From NCBI GenBank assembly GCA_946407735.1, contig CAMJPL010000009.1:14847-78846 (forward strand): 64,000 bases of DNA. The letters are read 5' to 3'. The notes under the pieces are model-generated. The model saw nothing but the letters and a program-made list of their open reading frames with translations, ran no database searches and had not been told where the DNA came from. Below, piece after piece: positions 10,236 to 18,973 of this stretch (the stretch's first letter is position 1; each line of letters begins with the position of its first letter). The DNA is from an uncultured Clostridia bacterium (GTDB lineage: Bacteria; Bacillota; Clostridia; Oscillospirales; CAG-272). A program made the translations under genes and the position numbers.

Positions 10236-10520
10236 TTCGATGAGGATGGCTGTTATGTAAAGCCGGCCTATCTTGAGCAGGCTCTCAAGATCAAGTATTC
10301 ACGCGACGATACCGCGTCGAGAGTTATCGATATCATCCTTGACAACTGCCGTATCGATTTCCTGTTCGTCGAACGTCTCGGCGGTCTCGGGAACGTGTTC
10401 AGCGATCTCGTGAAGAAGGGATCGACGGATCTTGCTTCATATTATCAGAAAAAGCTGCAGTCAGCTGAAAAGAATCTCGCGAAAATGATAGATTCCTACA
10501 ACGAATCGACAGGCGCGTGA
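10236..10520 (+). pseudogene. 3' remnant of an ABC solute-binding lipoprotein gene (same family as the four intact SBPs)
   Basis: A start-less frame translates to FDEDGCYVKPAYLEQALKIKYSRDDTASRVIDIILDNCRIDFLF...KMIDSYNESTGA*. It aligns by eye with the last ~90 aa of the SBPs (e.g. MPAYYETALKVKYVRDDASAQMIDIIHDSI). The N-terminal ~400 codons, signal peptide and start are missing. Confidence 0.7.
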
Positions 10521-10536
10521 AGGGAGGCGCAGGATA

Positions 10537-11970
10537 TTGAATAAGTGGTGTTATGACGCGCTGATGGTCAACCGTGACCCCGACTGGGTGTTCGCCTTAA
10601 ATACAGTTCCCGCCGAAAAGGCGCTTCAGACGGTCCTCGATTATTTCGGCGCTTTTACCGGATACAGGATAACCGATCTTGCTCTCTGCGTATATGAGCA
10701 GTCATCGGTAGTGCCGTGCGGCTCTCTTCTCTGGCGGGGGGATAAATACCTCATGAAGGAAGAGAAGGGGATCCCGGTCGATTACTCCGGCCTTGAAGGG
10801 ATATACAGATATTACCGGGAGTATGATATCGACCCGGTGGAGGTTTACCTTTCCGTGATGAAGGATCACGGCATCCGTCCGTGGATCGCCTTCCGTATGA
10901 ACGACGCTCACGAAAACAGCGCGCCCGTCGTATATCTCAGGGATCAGGAGTTTTTCGATAAAGCCGCGGAAAACGGATGGATGATCGGCGAGGAATACGG
11001 ATATTACGCCCATAACTATAACTTCGCCGCTGAACCGGTCAGAAAGCGCATGCTCGATTATATCGCCGAGATCGCCGGAAGATATGACGCCTTCGGCTTC
11101 GAGCTCGATTTCATGCGCGAGATATACTGCTTTGATTTCAGACACGATCCCGACATATGTGAAACCATGACGGGATTCATGCGCGATGTAAGGAAGATAC
11201 TGAATGATATCGGCGCAAAACGCGGTCATGACATAAAGCTTTCCGTCAGACTGGCACGCAGCGCGAAGGAAGCGAAAGGGTACGGCTTTGACGCCGCCGG
11301 GTGGGCGAAGGGAAGACTGGTCGACGTCATAGTCCCCACGGCGCGGTGGGAGTGCACCGACAGCGGCATACTGGTAAAGGAATGGAGAGAAGTATTGGGA
11401 GACGAAGTCGCTCTTATCCCCGGCGTTGAGACGCGTTTTCTGAAATCTACCGCAATCTTTCCCGAGATCTCGAAGGCTTATGCCGCGGCATGGTACGCCG
11501 AAGGCGCGGACGGCTTCTATCTGAACAATCACGATTACACGGCGGTCGAGAGAAATATACGCTCATATGATATCCATCGGAAGACCGCGCTGGAAGGCCT
11601 CAGGCGATATGTTGTCACATATCAGGATATCACATCGCTCGGCGAGCTCTGGCATCCGCTTCCGATGGACATACCCGGAAGCATAAGCATTTCAGTCGGG
11701 CCGATAACGAAAGACAGCAAGGCGAAGCTGATAATCGACTTTGATGGCGATACGCCTCCCGCCGTCACGGTCAACGGAGTGAGGCTTCATGGACCGAAGG
11801 CCGGAAAGCCTTTTGTCAGGCCCGATGTCTCCGATCCTTCGCGGGATGTGTATATCACCGATAATCCTCTCAGCTATGATATGAACGGGATCGTGACTGA
11901 CGGGCAGCTTGATATCGCGTTTGATACCGCCGGAACGGTAAAGTATATCGAAGTCAGTATCGGGAACTGA
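10537..11970 (+). CDS. putative glycoside hydrolase-like TIM-barrel protein (family unassigned)
   Basis: 477 aa with a TTG start 9 nt after AGGGAGG. WIAFRMNDAHE and GFELDFMRE motifs resemble GH-like TIM-barrel (GHL-type) proteins. No signal peptide. Confidence 0.5.
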   Translation: MNKWCYDALMVNRDPDWVFALNTVPAEKALQTVLDYFGAFTGYRITDLALCVYEQSSVVPCGSLLWRGDKYLMKEEKGIPVDYSGLEGIYRYYREYDIDPVEVYLSVMKDHGIRPWIAFRMNDAHENSAPVVYLRDQEFFDKAAENGWMIGEEYGYYAHNYNFAAEPVRKRMLDYIAEIAGRYDAFGFELDFMREIYCFDFRHDPDICETMTGFMRDVRKILNDIGAKRGHDIKLSVRLARSAKEAKGYGFDAAGWAKGRLVDVIVPTARWECTDSGILVKEWREVLGDEVALIPGVETRFLKSTAIFPEISKAYAAAWYAEGADGFYLNNHDYTAVERNIRSYDIHRKTALEGLRRYVVTYQDITSLGELWHPLPMDIPGSISISVGPITKDSKAKLIIDFDGDTPPAVTVNGVRLHGPKAGKPFVRPDVSDPSRDVYITDNPLSYDMNGIVTDGQLDIAFDTAGTVKYIEVSIGN

Positions 11971-12043
11971 CGGCCGATAATTATATAACGGCTGTTGATT
12001 CTGCGGATCGGATGCGATGAATTCTCCGCGATGTTTCTCATAA

Positions 12044-12073
12044 CGGATGCCGCCTCGGCATCCGTTTTCTTTC
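12044..12073 (+). terminator. intrinsic terminator
   Basis: CGGATGCC-gcctc-GGCATCCG hairpin followed by TTTTCTTTCTC. Confidence 0.7.
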
Positions 12074-12173
12074 TCCCGATATGTAAGCTCCGTCATGCTC
12101 CGCGCTTTGTAAGATGACAGGGAAACGGCTCGGCCGGGATTTATCCGTGAATGACAAAAAGTTTCATGACCGC

Positions 12174-12202
12174 TATACAAACAGCGCGAAATGTGATATA
12201 AT
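12174..12202 (+). promoter_or_regulatory. candidate promoter with extended -10 (TATACA-N17-TGaTATAAT)
   Basis: TGATATAAT at 12194..12202 and a weak -35 TATACA at 12174..12179, 48 nt upstream of the ATG at 12250. Confidence 0.45.
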
Positions 12203-12249
12203 ATACTCGGATATACCATGATAATGATCCATTCTTAGTGGAGGGCAGC

Positions 12250-14805
12250 ATGATATCGCTTATCAGAAGAGAGTCGGGATGGGCTCTTGAGCCCGCGCCC
12301 GAAAATCCGACCGCTATCCGTGCAGATATAACCGGAAACACGCTCTCGCTCGGTTTCTCCGGTTTTTCCCTAACCCTTGACGACAAGATCCATTCCGGCT
12401 GGCTCCACGCCGGGGATGGCGGCAATCTAAATCCCGCCATGCTGACGAAAAGCGGCGATTACCCGCTGTTTTCCGCCGAATCGACCGTCGATGTGTCTCC
12501 GGGGACGGTGATAATCAGGACCCCGCTCGCCGACGGGATCACCGGGACCCCGCTCGGCGCCGACGCTTACATAAAGCTGATCGCGCGTGACGGTCTTATC
12601 GCCGTCCTGACATGGTTCGACGCGAAGGAATACACTCCCGTCCGTCAGATATCCCTCTGCCGGGCGGCTGTGAGCGAGGGGAAGGCATACGCGTGCTATG
12701 GCGGTGATGTGAGCGAGATCACTCAGGAGACCGGAGCTTTCGCCGATTCCTTCCTTGTCTGCCGGGATCTTCGTGAGTTCGGGGAGGACGACCCGATAAT
12801 CTATTATCTCTGCGCGGAAAAGACAGAGATCCCGGAGCTTGTCCGCGAAAGGCGGGAAATGAGCCTTACGTCTGTACGGAGCGGCGATCTTGCCATATAT
12901 CTTCGCGAAGGGGAGCACGGGATAAGCCTTGCCGGGATATCGGACAGTAAGATCGGTGATATCTTCTCCGGCCCGCCTGCTCCGCTGTTCAGGGTCATTA
13001 TACGGGATCTGAGCGAAGGAAAGGACGAGATGCTGACGTCCGAATCGGGATGGGAGAGCATTTCGCGCTTCGATACCCCGTCAGGCTCGGGATTCGTTTT
13101 CGAGCGGGAAGGGATCCGCGCCGAGCTCACTGCCGTTTTGTCGCCCGAAATAAGTCAGATAGCGTGGGAGGCTGACATACGGCTGAGAGATCCCGGTCTT
13201 TCGGTCGTCCGGTTCGATCCTCCGTCGGCGAAAATGAAGGCGGGAGACGACACCCGGTTCTTCTTCGCCCTCGGCCCCGGTCAGGACATCCCCGTCACCA
13301 AGACCACCGAGATGCACTCGACGAGCCCGTATCCCTCCATCGGTGTGTGCATGCAGTATCTCGCCGTCTGCGACAGAAAGCTGAGACGCGGCCTTTATGC
13401 CGGATTCCATGACCCGGAGGGATCATACAAGACCCTTGTCGCCGACTGCCATAACGGAGTCTGCTCGGCGATCGCCATGATCCCCGCCGAAGGGATAGAC
13501 GAGCCGATGAACGGTTATCATCAGGAGGGTCAGGTCGTCTGGCGGCTCTTCGACGGCGACTGGTACGACGCAGCCATGATCTACCGCGACTGGGTGCATA
13601 CCTGCTCCGCGTGGTTCACCGAGGTAAAGGCGAAGGACAGGCCGGACGTTCCCAAGTGGCTGCTTGAAATGCCGGTGTGGCTGCGCTCCGACGCGAATCA
13701 TGACGGGTGGCTGGACAATATATTCAAAGCCCGTGAGTTCATCGGCGATATCCCGCTCGGGCTCCATCTCTATCGGTGGCACAGGATACCCTTTGACACC
13801 AACTATCCTCACTACAAGCCGGCAAGGGAGGACGTCGCCGCCGTAATGCCGGTGCTTCAGGCGGCGGGGATAAAGGTCATGCCGTACATAAACGGCCGCC
13901 TGTGGGACACTCACGACCGCGGTGATTACGATTATCAGTTCTCGTCTCTCGCGAAGCCGTACGCCGCAAAGGGCAGGGACGGCGAAGTCATCACCGAGCA
14001 CTACGCCTCGAAAAACAGCCGCGGCGAGCCGGTCGAGCTCGCGGTCATGTGCCCGTCGACCGCTCTCTGGCAGGAAAAGCAGTCGGAGATAAACGACTGG
14101 ATACTGAACGATCTCGGCTGCGACGCCGTGTACGTCGATCAGATCGCCGCCGCTCCCCCGGTCGCCTGCATGGACAGGAGCCATTCCCACCGTCCCGGCG
14201 GCGGATCGTGGTGGTATCATCATTATTATAATCTTATCGACCATCTCAGCAGACGCGCCGGAAAGGCCAAGTGCTATACCACCGAATCGAACGCCGAACC
14301 GTTTACCGGGCACATAGGCGGGATGCTGGTGTGGCACTGGGTGGGATCGAATCAGGTCCCCGCCTATCCCGCCGTCTACGCCGGATATCAGCCGATGCTC
14401 GGAAGGAATTACGGCGCGATAAAGCCGGACGACGGCATGGCGTTCAAGGTGCTGACGGCGCAGTCCCTCTGCTTCGGGGACCAGATAGGATGGATGACGC
14501 CGGAGATCCTTTTTGCGAATCCGGAAAAGGAATTCTTCAGGCGGATCGTTGAGCTGAGATATAAATACGGCGAGTATTTTACGTCGGGGAGATGCCTGCG
14601 CCCGCCGGTGCTTTCCGGCGATGTCGGGGAAAGGTCGCTTCCGTTTGCCTCCGACGCCGTCATATCAGCCATGTGGGAAAAGGAGGACGGGAGCAGGATA
14701 GTCGTGATCGTCAACATAAGCGGCGAAACGAGGACTGTCGAGGCCGCGCCGGACGGGCTCGACGGCTTCGCGATCACCCTCGGGCCGTCGTCCGCCGAGA
14801 TCTAG
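12250..14805 (+). CDS. large uncharacterised glycoside-hydrolase-like protein
   Basis: ORF from GTG 12238. The ATG at 12250 follows GGAGGG. The C-terminal half (LHLYRWHRIPFDTNYPHY, MPYINGRLWD, DAVYVDQIAAA) looks like a TIM-barrel sugar-processing domain and resembles DUF6259-type proteins from memory. Confidence 0.5.
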   Translation: MISLIRRESGWALEPAPENPTAIRADITGNTLSLGFSGFSLTLDDKIHSGWLHAGDGGNLNPAMLTKSGDYPLFSAESTVDVSPGTVIIRTPLADGITGTPLGADAYIKLIARDGLIAVLTWFDAKEYTPVRQISLCRAAVSEGKAYACYGGDVSEITQETGAFADSFLVCRDLREFGEDDPIIYYLCAEKTEIPELVRERREMSLTSVRSGDLAIYLREGEHGISLAGISDSKIGDIFSGPPAPLFRVIIRDLSEGKDEMLTSESGWESISRFDTPSGSGFVFEREGIRAELTAVLSPEISQIAWEADIRLRDPGLSVVRFDPPSAKMKAGDDTRFFFALGPGQDIPVTKTTEMHSTSPYPSIGVCMQYLAVCDRKLRRGLYAGFHDPEGSYKTLVADCHNGVCSAIAMIPAEGIDEPMNGYHQEGQVVWRLFDGDWYDAAMIYRDWVHTCSAWFTEVKAKDRPDVPKWLLEMPVWLRSDANHDGWLDNIFKAREFIGDIPLGLHLYRWHRIPFDTNYPHYKPAREDVAAVMPVLQAAGIKVMPYINGRLWDTHDRGDYDYQFSSLAKPYAAKGRDGEVITEHYASKNSRGEPVELAVMCPSTALWQEKQSEINDWILNDLGCDAVYVDQIAAAPPVACMDRSHSHRPGGGSWWYHHYYNLIDHLSRRAGKAKCYTTESNAEPFTGHIGGMLVWHWVGSNQVPAYPAVYAGYQPMLGRNYGAIKPDDGMAFKVLTAQSLCFGDQIGWMTPEILFANPEKEFFRRIVELRYKYGEYFTSGRCLRPPVLSGDVGERSLPFASDAVISAMWEKEDGSRIVVIVNISGETRTVEAAPDGLDGFAITLGPSSAEI

Positions 14806-14822
14806 ATAAAGGAGTATGTAAA

Positions 14823-15452
14823 ATGAGCGAATTCATAAAAATGAGGAACCGCCTGCTGGCGGAAAAGGTGATAAAGGGCCTTGCGTCCCGCAACATGACG
14901 GGGTATTACGCAGAGACGAAGGAGGACGCGCTCAGGCTCGCGCTCGGACTCATACCGGAGGGCAGCTCGGTATCCATGGGCGGCGGGATGAGCGTCATCG
15001 AGATCGGACTGTGGGACGCGCTTAAAAACGGAAAATACGACGTCATCGACAGAGAAGCGTATCAGGACAAGCGGGAGGCGATGATAAAGGCATACGACGC
15101 CGATTATTTTCTCTCCAGCTCCAACGCTGTCACCGAGGACGGGGTGCTTGTCAATATCGACGGCAATTCCAACCGCGTCTCCGCCATCGCCCAGGGGCCG
15201 AAGCATGTGCTGATGATAGTAGGCATGAACAAGATCTGCAGCGACGTCGACGGCGCGATGAAGCGCGCGAGAAACGTAGCCGCGCCGACGAACGCCCAGC
15301 GCTTCGGTCTTTCCACCCCCTGCGCGAAAACCGGCTCATGCCTGAACTGCAAATCGCCGGACACGATATGCTGCCAGTTCCTGATCACAAGATTCTCAAG
15401 GCACACCGGCAGGATCATCGTGATACTCGTGAACGACAGCCTGGGATTCTGA
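14823..15452 (+). CDS. LUD-domain (LutC/YkgG-like) protein
   Basis: ORF 14592..15452 trimmed to Met78, preceded by AAGGAG. SSSNAVTEDGVLVNIDGNSNRVSA and the C-terminal Cys cluster CLNCKSPDTICC are typical of standalone LUD/DUF162 proteins. Confidence 0.75.
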   Translation: MSEFIKMRNRLLAEKVIKGLASRNMTGYYAETKEDALRLALGLIPEGSSVSMGGGMSVIEIGLWDALKNGKYDVIDREAYQDKREAMIKAYDADYFLSSSNAVTEDGVLVNIDGNSNRVSAIAQGPKHVLMIVGMNKICSDVDGAMKRARNVAAPTNAQRFGLSTPCAKTGSCLNCKSPDTICCQFLITRFSRHTGRIIVILVNDSLGF

Positions 15453-15496
15453 CGGGGAGGCGGATATCGGCGCGGCAATTTGAAATCAGCTAATAT

Positions 15497-15957
15497 ATGT
15501 CCATGACAGTGAATCCAATACTTATTGAAAATGACAGGCTGATAATCCGCAGCCTTTAAAAACAGGATCTGAAAGGGCTTGAAGCTCTCAGACGCGATCA
15601 GCAGATATACCGCTTTGAACCGGCGTTTATTATGGAGCTTCAGAAGACCTCGGAATAGGCATTGGAAACGATCCGTCAGTGCATCCTGGGCGTATATGAA
15701 AACAAGATCCTGCCGTATTGGTCGGTCTGGCGGAATTGTATGATTTCAAATCATCCGAAAAAGTGATCTAGATGGGTTACAGATTTTTGTCAAAGTATTG
15801 GGGAAGGGGGATCACCACCTGTTGCATCCGCGCCTTATTGCAGTATATTCAAAGCAATCCGGACGTGGAACTTGTCACCGCCCATCTGATCCCGCAAAAC
15901 AAAGCCTCGGCACCTGAAACAATCATAGAAAAGATCAGGCTGACTATATCAGATTAA
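15497..15957 (+). pseudogene. disrupted GNAT (RimJ/RimL-like) N-acetyltransferase
   Basis: MSMTVNPILIENDRLIIRSL then TAA (15557). The same frame continues KQDLKGLEALRRDQQIYRFEP.. to TAG (15655). A frameshift lies near 15700 and another TAG at 15769. Then MGYRFLSKYWGRGITT...AHLIPQNKASA (GNAT motif A/B). The 3' end is truncated. The stretch is visibly AT-richer than its flanks. Confidence 0.75.
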
Positions 15958-15965
15958 GTAACATT

Positions 15966-17732
15966 ATGAAATATCAACCGCTTACCGAACGCTTCGGCGT
16001 TCTGGACACCTGCGCGACGTTTGAATGCCGCTATACATATGAAGAATTCGCCGCCATGCGTGACAGAGGCTATACAGGCGTGATCTTCGGCTATCTGGAC
16101 GCCAACTGGGACGGGAATTTCAGCCGTCTGGACAATTACGGACATACCGATGTTTTTGCCGACATGATCCCGGCTGACTTCATCGAGGCAAACCGCATCG
16201 AGCTTGCCCGCCGTCTGGAATGCGCAAAAAAAGCCGGTCTCAAAGTCTGGATGTCCGTCCGCGGACCTCTGACCGGCACCGATCTGTATGCCGTTTCACC
16301 GGAAACCGAAGCAAAATACAGGAACTATTTCGGTCCCGGCGGCGACAAATGGGGCGGCTCCGGCAAAAGGCCCATGTGCCTGTCCTTCCCGGAAGTCCGG
16401 CAGCGGTATCGTGAACTGATAAGTGATATCGTGAAGTCGTTCCCCGATATCGACGGATTCACCTTCTTCGGCGGCGATTCCTATTCCCTTGTTTGCGATG
16501 AAACCTGTGAACGCTGCAATATCCGCCCCTGTCACAGCAACTGGTCGGGCTGGATCACAGAGCTTAAGGAAACTGCGGCCGCTATAAGGGATAATGTGGA
16601 ATTTAACATCATGAACTGGCCGTGGTGGGACGACATGTTCGATATTGCAGAAGAAACTCCCGCCGACATTTCCTTTATGGTGATCCCGAACTGGGGAGCG
16701 GTCTACAGCGGAGACGGGGAAGAATATCCCGCCGCCGTCACTCCGTGGGAGTGTCAGGAATGTCAGTCAGACGCCCTGCGTGTTCCCACCAACAACAAAA
16801 TGACCGCTATTGCGCTGACCCAGCATTGGATCAACGCGCCGGTGACGGATAAGTTCAGGAGGCTCGCGCGGATATGCGATACGCAGGGACGAAAGCTGTA
16901 CGCGTGGTGCGACCTGACGACTGCCGAAGCGGTTTTGCCGTATTTCACGCCGTATCCGGCTACTGCGCTTTCCAGACTGCGTTCCTTTGCGGAAGCCGGC
17001 GCCTATGGTTTGGCGGACGGCTGGGGGATCCCGGCAGACAACATTTACGGAAGACATATCGACGCCAACACCGTCCTGATGGGCGAGTATCTGAAAGACA
17101 TGTCGGCCGAAGGCGATATCCCCCTCCGCAGAACGGCTGAAAAGCTTTACGGAAAAGGCACCGCCGAAGATGCGGTCGACGCGTGGACGCTTATCGACAA
17201 AGCGCTGGCGCAGTGGCCCATCATAGCCTACTCACAGCGGATGCACTGGATCCTGCGCCGCCTTTTCCAGAATCTGAATAAGATATTCTATGTGTTCGAT
17301 CTGACTCTGCCGTATTTTGAGCGCAGCAAGACATATGAGCCGGAATGGCCTGAATTCCTGTATGACCCGGCAGTCTGGGAAAACCTGAAAAAGCACATGA
17401 CCCGAGTCGTGGATCTGTACGACCGCGCGCTGGCGGCATATGAACGGATCTGCATGACCGCTGAGAAGAACATGGATCCGGCGCTTCTGGAAAACGCGCG
17501 TTTTCACCGTGACTGCGTGACGCTTACCCGGTGCTATTTCATGCTCGCGCTGGAAACCTGCGACTACCATATCGCCGGACTGAACGGCAGAACGCTGTCC
17601 AGAGAGTATATCCGAAACGCGCTCGGAACAAGACGCCTTTGCAGGACGCTGTTTACCAAGCTGAATGTGTCGCCGTATGAGAACGATCTGAGTCAGGCTC
17701 TGGCGAATATGAGCGGGTATTCGGCGGAATAA
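15966..17732 (+). CDS. hypothetical protein, possible glycoside-hydrolase-like TIM barrel
   Basis: 588-aa ORF with codon usage like its neighbours. GYTGVIFGYLD, GLKVWMSVRGP and DIDGFTFFGGDSYS suggest an alpha/beta barrel. No family recognised and no clear SD. Confidence 0.4.
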   Translation: MKYQPLTERFGVLDTCATFECRYTYEEFAAMRDRGYTGVIFGYLDANWDGNFSRLDNYGHTDVFADMIPADFIEANRIELARRLECAKKAGLKVWMSVRGPLTGTDLYAVSPETEAKYRNYFGPGGDKWGGSGKRPMCLSFPEVRQRYRELISDIVKSFPDIDGFTFFGGDSYSLVCDETCERCNIRPCHSNWSGWITELKETAAAIRDNVEFNIMNWPWWDDMFDIAEETPADISFMVIPNWGAVYSGDGEEYPAAVTPWECQECQSDALRVPTNNKMTAIALTQHWINAPVTDKFRRLARICDTQGRKLYAWCDLTTAEAVLPYFTPYPATALSRLRSFAEAGAYGLADGWGIPADNIYGRHIDANTVLMGEYLKDMSAEGDIPLRRTAEKLYGKGTAEDAVDAWTLIDKALAQWPIIAYSQRMHWILRRLFQNLNKIFYVFDLTLPYFERSKTYEPEWPEFLYDPAVWENLKKHMTRVVDLYDRALAAYERICMTAEKNMDPALLENARFHRDCVTLTRCYFMLALETCDYHIAGLNGRTLSREYIRNALGTRRLCRTLFTKLNVSPYENDLSQALANMSGYSAE

Positions 17733-17998
17733 GTGATCGGGGGACGGGAGTATTCGGTTTGAGGGAAATAAGAAAATATCGGGAAGGGCGATTCTCTATG
17801 TCTCTGCATTTTTATCCCGGCATATTTGAAATCAGATCCCATCCCGCAGCCCCGAAAACGCGTCCGCTATTCCTCCCATCTCACCCATACTCCCTTAAAT
17901 TAACAAAATCACAAAGAACTCCGCCGTGAATGATGATATAATCATTTATGCCGCTCTGATCATAGGCGCGGCTGAATACGATGTGAGGTGAAATCGGC

Positions 17999-18967
17999 AT
18001 GGAACTGTACGACGGACATACGACGCATCCGGATGCGCAGTGGTTCCCGAAGGCTGAGCTCGGTCTTTTCCTGCACTGGGGCATAAGCTCGGTGCACGGC
18101 AACATAGACCTGTCGTGGGGCATGTTCAGGGACTTCAAATGGGGTCCCGAGGTGATACCGCCGGAGGAGTATTTCGATCTCGCGAAGCGCTTCAACCCGA
18201 AGAAGTACGATCCCGAGAAGTGGATCAAGGCCGCGAGCGACGCCGGCTTTAAATACGCCGTGCTGACGACGAGGCACCACGACTCGTTCGCCCTCTGGCC
18301 GTCAGATTTCGGCGACTTCAACACCGGAAGATATATGGACGGGCGCGATCTCGTCGGCGAATATGTTAAGGCCTGCCGCAGATACGGCATGAAGGTGGGA
18401 TTCTACTACTCTCCGCCCGATTTCCGTACGCAGAGGAAGTACATGTCCTTCGGCGGCTGGTACGACGACCGGAAGGAGGATCTCATCGTCCCGCAGGTCT
18501 ATACCGATTACATGCGCGCGATAGTCCGCGGACAGCTCACCGAGCTTCTGACGCGCTACGGCGTGATCGATCTGCTCTGGTTCGACGGCGCCGGGCTCGA
18601 TTACATGAGCCGGGACGAGATTTACTACTATCAGCCCTCCGTCGTCATCGGGCGCGGGGAGATGACCGACTTCCTCAGCACCGAGTGCACCATCCCGACG
18701 GAGGAATACTATCATGAGAACCTCGAGGGGCACTGGTGGGAGTGCTGCCACGAGTGGAACTGCGGCGGCTGGGGATATACCAGAGACGAGGTCTACAAAT
18801 CCGCCGAAACGATCATGGACTACTACAAGACCGTGGTCGTGAAATATCACGGCAATCTCCTTATCAACATGGGCCCGAACGCCGACGGCGAGCTGCCGCC
18901 GGTCGCCTATGAAAGGCTGAGCGAGTTCGGGGAGATGCTGAAAGAATATAAAAAATCGGGACAGTGA
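17999..18967 (+). CDS. GH29 alpha-L-fucosidase, catalytic domain only
   Basis: AELGLFLHWGISS and FKYAVLTTRHHDSFALWPS are GH29 hallmarks. GAGGTG RBS. At 322 aa there is no C-terminal beta-sandwich and no signal peptide. Confidence 0.85.
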   Translation: MELYDGHTTHPDAQWFPKAELGLFLHWGISSVHGNIDLSWGMFRDFKWGPEVIPPEEYFDLAKRFNPKKYDPEKWIKAASDAGFKYAVLTTRHHDSFALWPSDFGDFNTGRYMDGRDLVGEYVKACRRYGMKVGFYYSPPDFRTQRKYMSFGGWYDDRKEDLIVPQVYTDYMRAIVRGQLTELLTRYGVIDLLWFDGAGLDYMSRDEIYYYQPSVVIGRGEMTDFLSTECTIPTEEYYHENLEGHWWECCHEWNCGGWGYTRDEVYKSAETIMDYYKTVVVKYHGNLLINMGPNADGELPPVAYERLSEFGEMLKEYKKSGQ

Positions 18968-18973
18968 AGTGTT

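Noticed and set aside
14592-14822. 77-codon extension of the LUD-domain ORF overlapping the 3' end of the preceding gene. Similar extensions occur on SBP1 (39438..39566) and tsaE (24244..24288).
   Set aside because: They are Arg-rich or out of character. Internal ATGs with proper RBS or a lipoprotein signal fit the conserved protein starts.
17999-18967. Short (322 aa) GH29 as a possible truncated pseudogene.
   Set aside because: The frame is intact from a good RBS to a stop 7 nt before tcdA, with no downstream remnant of a C-terminal domain. It is more likely a genuine single-domain GH29.
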